Of a DNA stretch of 64,000 nucleotides, positions 43,240-51,703 are shown piece after piece. A program made the translations under genes and the position numbers. The stretch spans positions 5,514 to 69,513 of the forward strand of contig CAYREA010000006.1 in the NCBI GenBank assembly GCA_964423075.1. Direction: 5' to 3'. The stretch's first letter is position 1. Each line of letters begins with the position of its first letter. Source of the stretch: an uncultured Rubrivivax sp. Lineage in GTDB: Bacteria; Pseudomonadota; Gammaproteobacteria; Burkholderiales; Burkholderiaceae_C. The notes under the pieces were generated by a model. It was not told where the DNA came from. It did no database searches and saw nothing but the letters and a program-made list of their open reading frames with translations.

Positions 43240-44727
43240 ATGCGCCGCGTCGTCATTGCCGGCGGCGGCACCGCCGGCTGGATGGTGGCTGCACTGCTGG
43301 GCAAGACCATGGGCCGGCTGCTTGACATCCGGCTCATCGAGTCCGACGAGATCGGCACCGTGGGCGTGGGCGAAGCCACCATCCCCACGCTGCTGACGTA
43401 CCACGGCCTGCTGGGCCTGAACGAGCAGGAGTTCATGGCCGCCACGCAGGCCACCTTCAAGCTGGGCATCCGTTTCGAGAACTGGCGCAACCTGCGCGAG
43501 AACTACATCCACAGCTTCGGCCTCACCGGCAAGGACCACTGGACCGCCGGCTTCCAGCACTTCTGGCTGAAGGGCCGCGAGCGCCGCCTGGCGCGCGAGT
43601 ACGGTGACTACTGCCTGGAGCTGCGCGCCGCCGAAGAGAACCGCTTCGCCCACCTGCCGCGCGCCGGCATGAACTACGCGTACCACTTCGACGCGTCGCT
43701 CTACGCCGCCTACCTGCGCCGCTTCAGCGAAGGTTTCGGCGTGCAGCGCATCGAAGGCCGCATCGTCGACGTGGTGCAGCACGAAGGTGGCGACGTTGCG
43801 GCCCTGAAGCTGGACAACGGCGTCGCGGTCGAAGGTGAGCTCTTCATCGACTGCACCGGCTTCCGCGCCCTGCTGATCGGCCAGACGCTGAAGCTGCCCT
43901 ACGAAGACTGGAGCCACTGGCTGCCCTGCGACAGCGCGGTGGCGGTGCAGACCGCCTCGGTGCGCGAGGCCGTGCCCTACACGCGGTCCATCGCGCACGA
44001 GTGGGGCTGGCAGTGGCGAATTCCTCTGCAGCATCGCGTGGGCAACGGGCTGGTGTTCAGCAGCCGGCACCTGGCCGACGAAGACGCCAAGGCCACGCTG
44101 CTGAAGAACGTCGAAGGCCAGGCGCTCACCGCGCCGCGCATCCTGAAGTTCCGCCCCGGCCAGCGTGCCGCCGCCTGGCAGCGCAACGTGGTGGCCATCG
44201 GCCTGTCCAGCGGTTTTCTGGAGCCGCTGGAGTCGACCAGCATCCACCTCATCCAGCGCGGCGCCATCCGCCTGATGCAGATGTTCCCTGGTGCCGGCAT
44301 CCGCCAGGCCGACGTCGACGAATACAACCGCCAGACGCGCGACGAGCTGGAGCACATCCGCGACTTCATCATCCTGCATTACCACGTGACCAACCGCAGC
44401 GACGTCGCCTTCTGGCGCGACTGCCGCAGCATGGACGTGCCGGCCTCGCTGCGCCACCGCATCCAGCTCTTCCGCGAGTCGGCGCGGGTGTTCCGCGGGC
44501 CGAACGAACTCTTCGCCGAGAACTCGTGGATCCAGGTGATGCTGGGCCAGGGCATCGTGCCCGAGCAGCACCACCCGGTGGCCGACCTGATGGGTGATGA
44601 GGAGTTGTCGCAGTTCCTGGAAGACATCCGCCAGGGCGTGGAGCGCACGGTGGCGCAGCTGCCGGCGCACCAGGCCTATGTACAGCGCTACAGCGGCAAG
44701 CCGGGGCCGCGGGTGGCGAACCGCTGA
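43240..44727 (+). CDS. Flavin-dependent (tryptophan halogenase-family) halogenase
   Basis: GGGTAG FAD motif, VGVGEAT, catalytic Lys in ATFKLGI, WQWRIP, FLEPLEST. Confidence 0.92.
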   Translation: MRRVVIAGGGTAGWMVAALLGKTMGRLLDIRLIESDEIGTVGVGEATIPTLLTYHGLLGLNEQEFMAATQATFKLGIRFENWRNLRENYIHSFGLTGKDHWTAGFQHFWLKGRERRLAREYGDYCLELRAAEENRFAHLPRAGMNYAYHFDASLYAAYLRRFSEGFGVQRIEGRIVDVVQHEGGDVAALKLDNGVAVEGELFIDCTGFRALLIGQTLKLPYEDWSHWLPCDSAVAVQTASVREAVPYTRSIAHEWGWQWRIPLQHRVGNGLVFSSRHLADEDAKATLLKNVEGQALTAPRILKFRPGQRAAAWQRNVVAIGLSSGFLEPLESTSIHLIQRGAIRLMQMFPGAGIRQADVDEYNRQTRDELEHIRDFIILHYHVTNRSDVAFWRDCRSMDVPASLRHRIQLFRESARVFRGPNELFAENSWIQVMLGQGIVPEQHHPVADLMGDEELSQFLEDIRQGVERTVAQLPAHQAYVQRYSGKPGPRVANR

Positions 44728-44835
44728 GGGCTGCGTCGGCTGCCGCACCCGCTTCGCGATGGCGTGCGGCGGCAGTGCCAGCTGGCCCCACAGGCCGTAC
44801 CGCCCCGGCCCGGCGCGGTACGATGCGCGCCGCCC

Positions 44836-45639
44836 ATGCCACCCAGCACCATCATCCATTGGGCCTTCGACCCCATCGCCTTCCGCATCGGCCCCCTGGC
44901 CCTGCACTGGTACGGCATGTTGTGGGCGCTGGCCTTCATCCAGGGCGAGTTCGTCGCGCGCCGCCAGCTCAAGGCCGCCGGGCGCAGCGACGTCGACGTG
45001 TCCTCGCTCACCGCCTTTGCGCTGCTGGGCACCATCGTCGGTGCGCGCCTGGTCCACTGCTTCTTCTACGACCCCGGGTACTACCTGGCGCACCCGCTGA
45101 AGATCCTGGCCGTGTGGGAAGGCGGCCTGGCCAGCCACGGCGGCGCCATCGGCCTCATTGCCGCGCTGGCCTGGGCCGCACCGCGTTTTGCCAAGGGCGT
45201 GCCGGTGCTGACGCTGCTGGACGCGACGGCACTGCCGGCGGCCATCGGTTCGGCGCTGATCCGTTTCGCCAACTTCCTGAACTCCGAGATCGTGGGCGTG
45301 CCCACCTCGGGCGCCTGGGGCGTGGTGTTCGACAACGTCGACAAGCTGCCGCGGTATCCGGTGCAGCTGTTCGAAGCCTTCAGCTACATCGCCATCGCCC
45401 TGGTGCTGTGGGCGCTGGCGCGGCGCCACGGCATCTGGTCCCGGCTGGGTGAACTCACCGGCTGGTACCTGGCCCTGGTGTTCGGCGCGCGCGCCGTGCT
45501 GGAGGTGTGGAAGACGCCGCAGGCGGTCTACGAGGCCGGGCAGATCATCACCGTGGGCCAGTGGCTGAGCGTGCCCTTCGTGGCCCTGGGCGTGTGGATG
45601 ATCTGGCGCGCGCGGCGCACCGTCAGCGCCGCGGCTTGA
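44836..45639 (+). CDS. lgt: Prolipoprotein diacylglyceryl transferase
   Basis: HWYG, WEGGLASHGG, RFANFLNSEIVG, YPVQLFE, GQWLS. Confidence 0.9.
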   Translation: MPPSTIIHWAFDPIAFRIGPLALHWYGMLWALAFIQGEFVARRQLKAAGRSDVDVSSLTAFALLGTIVGARLVHCFFYDPGYYLAHPLKILAVWEGGLASHGGAIGLIAALAWAAPRFAKGVPVLTLLDATALPAAIGSALIRFANFLNSEIVGVPTSGAWGVVFDNVDKLPRYPVQLFEAFSYIAIALVLWALARRHGIWSRLGELTGWYLALVFGARAVLEVWKTPQAVYEAGQIITVGQWLSVPFVALGVWMIWRARRTVSAAA

Positions 45640-45643
45640 AGGC

Positions 45644-46930
45644 ATGAGCGCTGCGCTGCTGGCCGAACTGAACGGCGGCCTGCGCGCCGTCGCCATACCC
45701 CTGCCCTGGCGCCAGACGGTGAGCCTGAGCGTCTTCATCCGCACCGGCAGCCAGCACGAGCCGCGGCGGCTGAACGGCATCAGCCACGTGGTGGAGCACA
45801 TGGCCTTCAAGGGCACGGCCAGCCGTGACTGCCAGCGCATCAACCTCGATGCCGAGCGCCTGGGCGCCGAGGTCAACGCCCACACCGACAAGGACCACAC
45901 GGCCTTCCACATTGAAGGCCTGGCGCAGGACCTGCCGGCCTTCATCGAGCTGCTGGCCGACATCGTGCTGAACAGCAGCTTCCCGGCTGACGAGCTGGAG
46001 CGCGAGCGCCAGGTGATCCTGCACGAGTTCACCGAGTTCGAGGAAGACCCGTCCTCGATGGCCTTCCAGCTCTTCGACCGCGCCTGCTACGGCCTGCACC
46101 CCGCGGGCCAGCCCGTCATCGGCAACCGCGCCAACCTGAAGCGCTTCAAGCGCGAAGACCTGCTGGCGTACGTGGGCCAGCAGTACACCGCCGGCAACGT
46201 GGTGGTGGCCGTGGCCGGGCCGGTGGACGCCGAGGCCTTCTTCCGCAGCGTCGAGGCCGCTTTCGGCGCCATGCCGCGCGGCAGCGCCAACGCGGTGGCC
46301 GACGCCCCCTGGCAAGGCGGACTGAAGCTGCGCCGCATGGGCGGCAGCTCGCAATGCCATGCGGTGCTGGGTTTCGAGACACCTTCTCTGCGCGACGAGG
46401 CGCACCTGCCGTACGTGCTGGCCGCCGCGCTGCTGGGCGAGGGCATGAGCTCGCCGCTGCTGGACGAGATCCGCGAGCGCCGCGGCCTGGCCTACTACAC
46501 CGCCTGCTCGGCCGACGTGCTGCCGCTGGCGGGCCAGTTCGTCATCGAGGCCGCCACCGCGCCCGAGCAGGCCGAGGAGTTCTTCGACGCCGTGGCCGGC
46601 CTGCTGCGCACCCAGGCCGAGGGCAGCGACGCCGTGGGCCTGGAACGTGCGCGCAAGCAGCTCACCGTGCGGGCCCTGCGCGCGCTCGACCAGCCCGTGC
46701 GCCGCATCGAAGCCGCGGCGCAGGACGTCTTCACCTTCGGCCGCGTGCGCGACACGCAGGAATGGCTGCAGCGCCTGCAGGCCGTGTCGGCGGACGAGGT
46801 GCGCGCCGTGTTCGGCCGCATGCTGCAAAGCCCGGCGGCCGTCGCGCTGGCCGGCAGCGTGCCGGCGCGCGTGCGCGAACGGGCCGGGGCGCTGTTCGCC
46901 GCCGGGTCGGCGGGCGACGAAGAAGGCTGA
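45644..46930 (+). CDS. M16 (pitrilysin-family) zinc peptidase
   Basis: Inverted zinc motif HVVEHMAFKGT; NAHT; EIRERRGLAY. Confidence 0.92.
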   Translation: MSAALLAELNGGLRAVAIPLPWRQTVSLSVFIRTGSQHEPRRLNGISHVVEHMAFKGTASRDCQRINLDAERLGAEVNAHTDKDHTAFHIEGLAQDLPAFIELLADIVLNSSFPADELERERQVILHEFTEFEEDPSSMAFQLFDRACYGLHPAGQPVIGNRANLKRFKREDLLAYVGQQYTAGNVVVAVAGPVDAEAFFRSVEAAFGAMPRGSANAVADAPWQGGLKLRRMGGSSQCHAVLGFETPSLRDEAHLPYVLAAALLGEGMSSPLLDEIRERRGLAYYTACSADVLPLAGQFVIEAATAPEQAEEFFDAVAGLLRTQAEGSDAVGLERARKQLTVRALRALDQPVRRIEAAAQDVFTFGRVRDTQEWLQRLQAVSADEVRAVFGRMLQSPAAVALAGSVPARVRERAGALFAAGSAGDEEG

Positions 46931-46932
46931 GT

Positions 46933-47757
46933 TCAGCCCAGCAGGCGCTGGGCGAAGAAGCGCAGGATCTCGTCGCGTGCCGCCCGCGTGGGCTGGCCGG
47001 CTTCGTCGATGAGGTGCGCCGTCACCACGCTGTGCGGGCTGGCCACCACCTGCTCGAAGAAGGGTGACAGCCCCTCGCGCCGCGCCGCGCTGTCGGGCAG
47101 CACGCGGGCGACGAAACGCTCGCCCAGGGCCTGGCGGTAGGCCGCGAAACGTTCGGCACGGCAGTAGCGGTCGCCTTCAAAGCGCAGGGCCAGCACGCTG
47201 AGGTGCTCGCGATCCAGGCGCTGGCGCACGTCGGCCAGTTCCTCGGGCGCGCTCTCCAGCCCCGCCGGGTCGTCCAGCGGCAGCGTGGGCTGGCACAAGA
47301 CCGGCGCCAGCACGGCGGGTTCCAGCATCATCGTCAGCGCGAAGTTGCCGGTGAAGCACATGCCGATGGCGCCCACGCCCGGGCCGCCGCACTCGGCATG
47401 GGCCAGGCGCGCCAGCGCACGCAGCCAGCCCGTCACCGGGCTCGAACCGCGGCCAGCCAGGGCGTGGAACTCGGCGCTGACGCAGGCCCGGCGGAACACG
47501 GCCACGGCTTCGGCCGCGGAAGGCACGGCGCCGTCGACGCCGAACAGCGAGGGCATGTAGACCGTGAAGCCGGCGTCGCGCACCCAGCGCGCAAACCGCG
47601 CCACCTCGGGGCTGATGCCGGGCATCTCGCTCATCAAGATCACGGCCGGACCCTGGCCCGCCTGGTGCACGCTGCGGGTCACGCCCTCGAGCGTGACGGG
47701 GCGCGGGTTGAAGTCCACCAGCGTGTCGGGTGGGTTGGAATTGGGGCTGCTGGGCAT
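46933..47757 (-). CDS. Dienelactone hydrolase-family protein
   Basis: EMPG, nucleophile GMCFTG, PHSVVT. Confidence 0.85.
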   Translation of the reverse strand: MPSSPNSNPPDTLVDFNPRPVTLEGVTRSVHQAGQGPAVILMSEMPGISPEVARFARWVRDAGFTVYMPSLFGVDGAVPSAAEAVAVFRRACVSAEFHALAGRGSSPVTGWLRALARLAHAECGGPGVGAIGMCFTGNFALTMMLEPAVLAPVLCQPTLPLDDPAGLESAPEELADVRQRLDREHLSVLALRFEGDRYCRAERFAAYRQALGERFVARVLPDSAARREGLSPFFEQVVASPHSVVTAHLIDEAGQPTRAARDEILRFFAQRLLG

Positions 47758-47859
47758 GCGAGCCATTGCACGCCAGACGCTGGCGCCTTGCGAGGGCCGG
47801 GCCGGACAAGCTTCAGGTGATAACTGCCAGCCGCGCCGGCACGCGCAGAATGGCCGACC

Positions 47860-48438
47860 ATGCAGCAAGACCCCTGGCTTCAGCGCTGGCTCGCACCCCT
47901 GGCCGAACACGCAGGCCGCGGGCCGTTGCTGGAAATCGGCTGCGGCGCCGGTGAAGACACTGCCACGCTGCAGGCCGCCGGGCTGCAGGTGCTGGCCTTC
48001 GACCGCTCGGCCGAGGCCGTGGCCCGCGCGCGGCAGCGCGTGCCGCAGGCCCGCATCGGGTGCCGCGACATCCGCGACCCGCTGCCAGCCGAGCCGGCCA
48101 GCCTGGGCGCCGTCGTGGCCAGCCTGTCGCTGCACTACTTCAGCTGGGCCGAGACGCAGGCCATCGTGCAGCGTGTGCGCGACGCCCTGGTGCCCGGCGG
48201 CCTGCTGCTGTGCCGGCTGAACGCCGATGACGACGTGCACTACGGCGCCCGCGGCCACCCGCAGATCGAGCCGCACTACTTTCTGGTGAACGGCGAACCC
48301 AAGCGCTTCTTCGACGAAGACGCGGTGCGGCGCCTGTTCGCGCAGGGCTGGACGCTGCGTTCGCTGCAGCGCGGCGTGACGCACAAGTACGGCCAGCCCA
48401 AGTCCTTGCTCGAAGTTGCCTGCGAAAGGCTGGCTTGA
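47860..48438 (+). CDS. Class I SAM-dependent methyltransferase
   Basis: LLEIGCGAG motif I; SLSLHYF; LVPGG. Confidence 0.88.
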   Translation: MQQDPWLQRWLAPLAEHAGRGPLLEIGCGAGEDTATLQAAGLQVLAFDRSAEAVARARQRVPQARIGCRDIRDPLPAEPASLGAVVASLSLHYFSWAETQAIVQRVRDALVPGGLLLCRLNADDDVHYGARGHPQIEPHYFLVNGEPKRFFDEDAVRRLFAQGWTLRSLQRGVTHKYGQPKSLLEVACERLA

Positions 48439-48463
48439 GACGGACAGGCAGGAGAAACGGGCG

Positions 48464-49450
48464 CTAGGCCAGCGGCCGCGCCTGCCGGCGCAGTTCGCGC
48501 GGGCTGCTGCCCAGGGCGCGCTGCGTCAGGCGGCGCAGCGCGGTGGCGTCGGCATAACCCACTTGCGCGGCCACCGCCTCCACCGAAGCGGCGCTGCTCT
48601 CCAGCAGGTGCAGCGCACGCTCGACACGCAGGCGTTGCACGAACTGCAGCGGCGTCTGCCCCGTCGCCACGCGGATGCGCCGCGCCAGGGTGCGCGTGGA
48701 GACATGCAGCGCCTCGGCCCAGTGCTCGGCGGTGAAGGCCGTGGCCAGGTGCGCCAGCGCCCAGCGTTCGGCACGCGCGCCGAAGCTGTCCTCACGCGCC
48801 ACACGGCCCAGCAGCGGGAAACCCGACTGCACACGCCGCGTGTCCAGCAGCAGGTAGCGCGCACACAGGCGCGCCAGCTCGGCCGACACCTGGCGCTGCA
48901 CCAGCGCCAGCATCAGGTCGGCATGCGCAAAAGCCGCGCCGGCGGTGGTGACGCGGCCGGCTTCCACCAGCACGCGCCTCGGCTCCAGCTGCACGGCCGG
49001 GTAGCGCTCTGCGAAGGTGGGCGCCAGCCACCAGGTGGTGGTGGCCCGGGCGCCGGCCAGGATGCCGCTCTCGGCGGCCACGAAGGTGCCCGTGCAGCCG
49101 GCGTACACCTGCGCACCCGCCGCATGGGCTGCGGCCACCCAGGCCGTCGCCTTGCGCACGGCGGGCGTGGCCAGCCAGCGCAGCAGCTCGGCCGGCGTGG
49201 CGTGGTTGGCGCCGGGCAGCACCAGCACGTCACGCTTGCCGCAGGCCCCAAGGCGCGCGAGCCCGCTGAGCCGCAGGCCTGAAGCCAGCCCCTGTGCGCC
49301 CGCCGAAGGCGCCACCGGCCGCACCTCGAACACCGGCCGGCGGCCTGCGCCCGTGGACAGGCGGTTGGCCGCGTGCGCCACGTCGAGCACGGTGCCCAGC
49401 GCGGAGTCCAGCGCACCGGGCAGGGCCAGCACGTGCAGGCGGATGGGCAT
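48464..49450 (-). CDS. GlxA-family regulator (DJ-1/PfpI + AraC)
   Basis: CTGTF..AESGIL...ATT; HVSTRTLARR; VGYADATALRR. Confidence 0.9.
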   Translation of the reverse strand: MPIRLHVLALPGALDSALGTVLDVAHAANRLSTGAGRRPVFEVRPVAPSAGAQGLASGLRLSGLARLGACGKRDVLVLPGANHATPAELLRWLATPAVRKATAWVAAAHAAGAQVYAGCTGTFVAAESGILAGARATTTWWLAPTFAERYPAVQLEPRRVLVEAGRVTTAGAAFAHADLMLALVQRQVSAELARLCARYLLLDTRRVQSGFPLLGRVAREDSFGARAERWALAHLATAFTAEHWAEALHVSTRTLARRIRVATGQTPLQFVQRLRVERALHLLESSAASVEAVAAQVGYADATALRRLTQRALGSSPRELRRQARPLA

Positions 49451-49459
49451 GGAGCGGAT

Positions 49460-49494
49460 TGGCAGGAATGGCCTTGTGAATGTCGATTCTGCCA
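49460..49494. promoter_or_regulatory. Imperfect inverted repeat, candidate GlxA-family binding site
   Basis: TGGCAGGAAT...ATTCTGCCA in the 80-bp divergent gap. Confidence 0.5.
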
Positions 49495-49530
49495 CTTCGG
49501 TTTGCGCGGGCCGGCACCCAGACTGCACCC

Positions 49531-50271
49531 ATGAACCCACCCCTGCCCTGGGCGCGCCGCGATGGGCGGCTGAGCCTGTCCGAACGCTGGCGGCTGGTGC
49601 TGCAGGCCCTGTCCACGCGCATCACCCGTCGGCACCGCGGCCTGCAGCCTTTGCAGGACGACCAGCGCGCGCTGGCCTGCCTGGCGCTGCCCGGTGACGC
49701 GATGTCCCACGCCCTGTGGGACCGCGCTGCGCAACTGCAGCCCGAGTGGCTGATGCAACACGCCTTGCGCGCCTACGCCTGGGGCAGCCTGCTGGCCCTG
49801 AAGGACGGCCTGGCCCACCAGCCGCAGACGCTCTTCGCCGCGTGCCTGTTGCACGACCTGGGCCTCACGCCCGCCGCCGCCGCGCCGGCCGACGCCTGTT
49901 TCGCCGTGCGTGGCGCGCACCTGGCGCAGCGCCTGCTGCGCGAGGCCGGCGCAGGCGAGCAGCAGGCCCACCGCGTCGCCTGCGCCATCGCGCTGCACCT
50001 GGACCTGCACGTCAGCGTGGAAACCTCCGGCGCCGAGGCCCACCTGCTGCAGGCCGGCACCGCATTCGATGTGGTGGGCAGCCGCTGGCGCGATCTGGCG
50101 CCGCCCTTGCGCGACAGGGTGCTGGCCGCGCACCCGCGCCTGGGCTTGAAGCAGGCCCTGTGCACCTGCATGCAGGCCGAGGCCCGCGCCGCGCCGCACA
50201 CGCGCCTGGGCCTGTACACGCGGCGCCTGGGCTTTCTGGATCTGATCCGGCGCGCACCCTACGACGGGTAG
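49531..50271 (+). CDS. HD-domain protein (cyanamide hydratase-like)
   Basis: QHALRAY, CLLHDLGL, FAVRGA, AIALH, AFDVVG, HPRLGLK. Confidence 0.78.
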   Translation: MNPPLPWARRDGRLSLSERWRLVLQALSTRITRRHRGLQPLQDDQRALACLALPGDAMSHALWDRAAQLQPEWLMQHALRAYAWGSLLALKDGLAHQPQTLFAACLLHDLGLTPAAAAPADACFAVRGAHLAQRLLREAGAGEQQAHRVACAIALHLDLHVSVETSGAEAHLLQAGTAFDVVGSRWRDLAPPLRDRVLAAHPRLGLKQALCTCMQAEARAAPHTRLGLYTRRLGFLDLIRRAPYDG

Positions 50272-50337
50272 GCGCGCCTCGGCGTGGGTCGCTCACCCGC
50301 TTGCGTCTGGGCGCCACGCTTCTTTTCTGGTGGCGCT

Positions 50338-50378
50338 TTGATGGCGCTCAAGCGGCCCCCGCGCCCACGGCGCACAGT
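50338..50378 (+). promoter_or_regulatory. FNR/CRP-family box and candidate -10
   Basis: TTGATGGCGCTCAA (50338-50351), 9/10 match; CACAGT 21 nt downstream. Confidence 0.6.
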
Positions 50379-50403
50379 GGCTTCTGTCCCTATGGAGCCG
50401 CCC

Positions 50404-50874
50404 ATGAAGCCACTTGCCGCCCTCGCTGTCACGCTGGCCCTGGCGGGCTGTGCCGTCGAACTGCAGAACCGGCAGGCCAGCCAGGCGCTGGCCCGCGAGG
50501 CGGCGCCGCCCGGTTCGGTCTACACGGGCTGGCGCGTGTTCCAGGACCGCTGCGCCAGTTGCCACGGCGCCGACGCGACAGGCAGCACCACCGCGCCCGA
50601 CCTGCGGGTGACGCTGCGCGAGATGGGCCCGCGCCGCTTCGTCGGCCTGGTGCTGCGGCGCTACGACTGGAACCTGCCGGCCGGGCAGGCCGGCAGCGAG
50701 AGCGCGGCGCGCGAGGCGCTCATCGACCAGGTGCTGCAGCGCCGCGAAGGCGCGCTGCAGATGCCGGCCTGGCAGGACGAACCCCGTGTCAACGCGCATG
50801 TGATGGACCTCTACGCCTACCTGGCCGCGCGCGCCGAAGGCACGCAGGGGCCCGGGCGGCCCGCCGGCCACTGA
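50404..50874 (+). CDS. Lipoprotein cytochrome c
   Basis: Lipobox LAGC; CASCH; QMPAW; LYAYL. Confidence 0.88.
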   Translation: MKPLAALAVTLALAGCAVELQNRQASQALAREAAPPGSVYTGWRVFQDRCASCHGADATGSTTAPDLRVTLREMGPRRFVGLVLRRYDWNLPAGQAGSESAAREALIDQVLQRREGALQMPAWQDEPRVNAHVMDLYAYLAARAEGTQGPGRPAGH

Positions 50875-50881
50875 TCAGGCC

Positions 50882-51616
50882 TCAGCTCCTGCGCGCACGC
50901 CGGCGCTGCAGCCAGCCCGCCAGGCCCAGGACGCCGAGCATCAGCGCCGCGCTGGCGGGCTCGGGTACGGGCGCGGTGACCACGTCGATGCGCACCTCGG
51001 GCCGGTCGGGGAACAGCAGCCCGGGGTAGTCGTGCGTCGAGGTGTAGAAGTAGTCCGCTCCCAGGTTCTGCAGGTGCAGGCCGAGCCAGCCGTGGCCGGC
51101 GCCGACGGCATGGCCCACCAGCGTGGTGATGTCGGTGGATTGCGCCGCCTGCGTGGTGTTGGTGACCTGGCCAATGACCGAACCGAAGCTCGTGGCGGGC
51201 GCCTCCCAGGCCAGGCGCAGCCTGCCGTTGCCGCCGTCGAAGCCGGCGATGCGGAAGCTGTTGGTGGCCGGCGCGTCCTGGCCGTGCAGGATCCGGAAGC
51301 TGAGCGTGGCCGACACGATCTGCTGGCCGGCCAGCTCGGACAGGTCCAGCTGCATCAGCGTGCGCCCGTCCACCGCCGGCGACAGGTCGAAGGTGTGCGA
51401 CCAGGTCGGGCCCTGCACCGGGCTCCAGCGGTCATCCAGCATGCCCACGAAGCCGGTGCCGCGGAAGCTGAGCCCGGGGTTGTCGCTGGAGAACTCCGGG
51501 AAGGTGGCCAGGTCGGGCAGCTGGTAGTGGTAGTCGGCGGCCTGCGCGGCGGGTGCGGCCGCCAGCGTGGCGGCGGCCAGGGTGGCCGAGAGGGCGGTGT
51601 ACAGGGTGCGGTGCAT
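50882..51616 (-). CDS. PEP-CTERM sorting-domain protein
   Basis: Signal peptide ending AQA; C-terminal VPEP, TM helix and RRRARRS. Confidence 0.92.
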   Translation of the reverse strand: MHRTLYTALSATLAAATLAAAPAAQAADYHYQLPDLATFPEFSSDNPGLSFRGTGFVGMLDDRWSPVQGPTWSHTFDLSPAVDGRTLMQLDLSELAGQQIVSATLSFRILHGQDAPATNSFRIAGFDGGNGRLRLAWEAPATSFGSVIGQVTNTTQAAQSTDITTLVGHAVGAGHGWLGLHLQNLGADYFYTSTHDYPGLLFPDRPEVRIDVVTAPVPEPASAALMLGVLGLAGWLQRRRARRS

Positions 51617-51703
51617 GGTGAGGACTCCGTCGTCGATGGGGTGCGGCACTGTCCACGTGCCGCGTCCGCCCGGCGTCCCCTGGCCGCCCCGGCCCGCGCG
51701 CGC

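Noticed and set aside
44728-44835. GC hairpins after the halogenase as a terminator or REP element
   Set aside because: No U-tract and no second copy seen in the window.
51643-51663. GCGGCAC-N7-GTGCCGC as a sigma54 promoter for the PEP-CTERM gene
   Set aside because: GG-to-GC spacing is 12 rather than 10; it is a short GC inverted repeat of unclear meaning.
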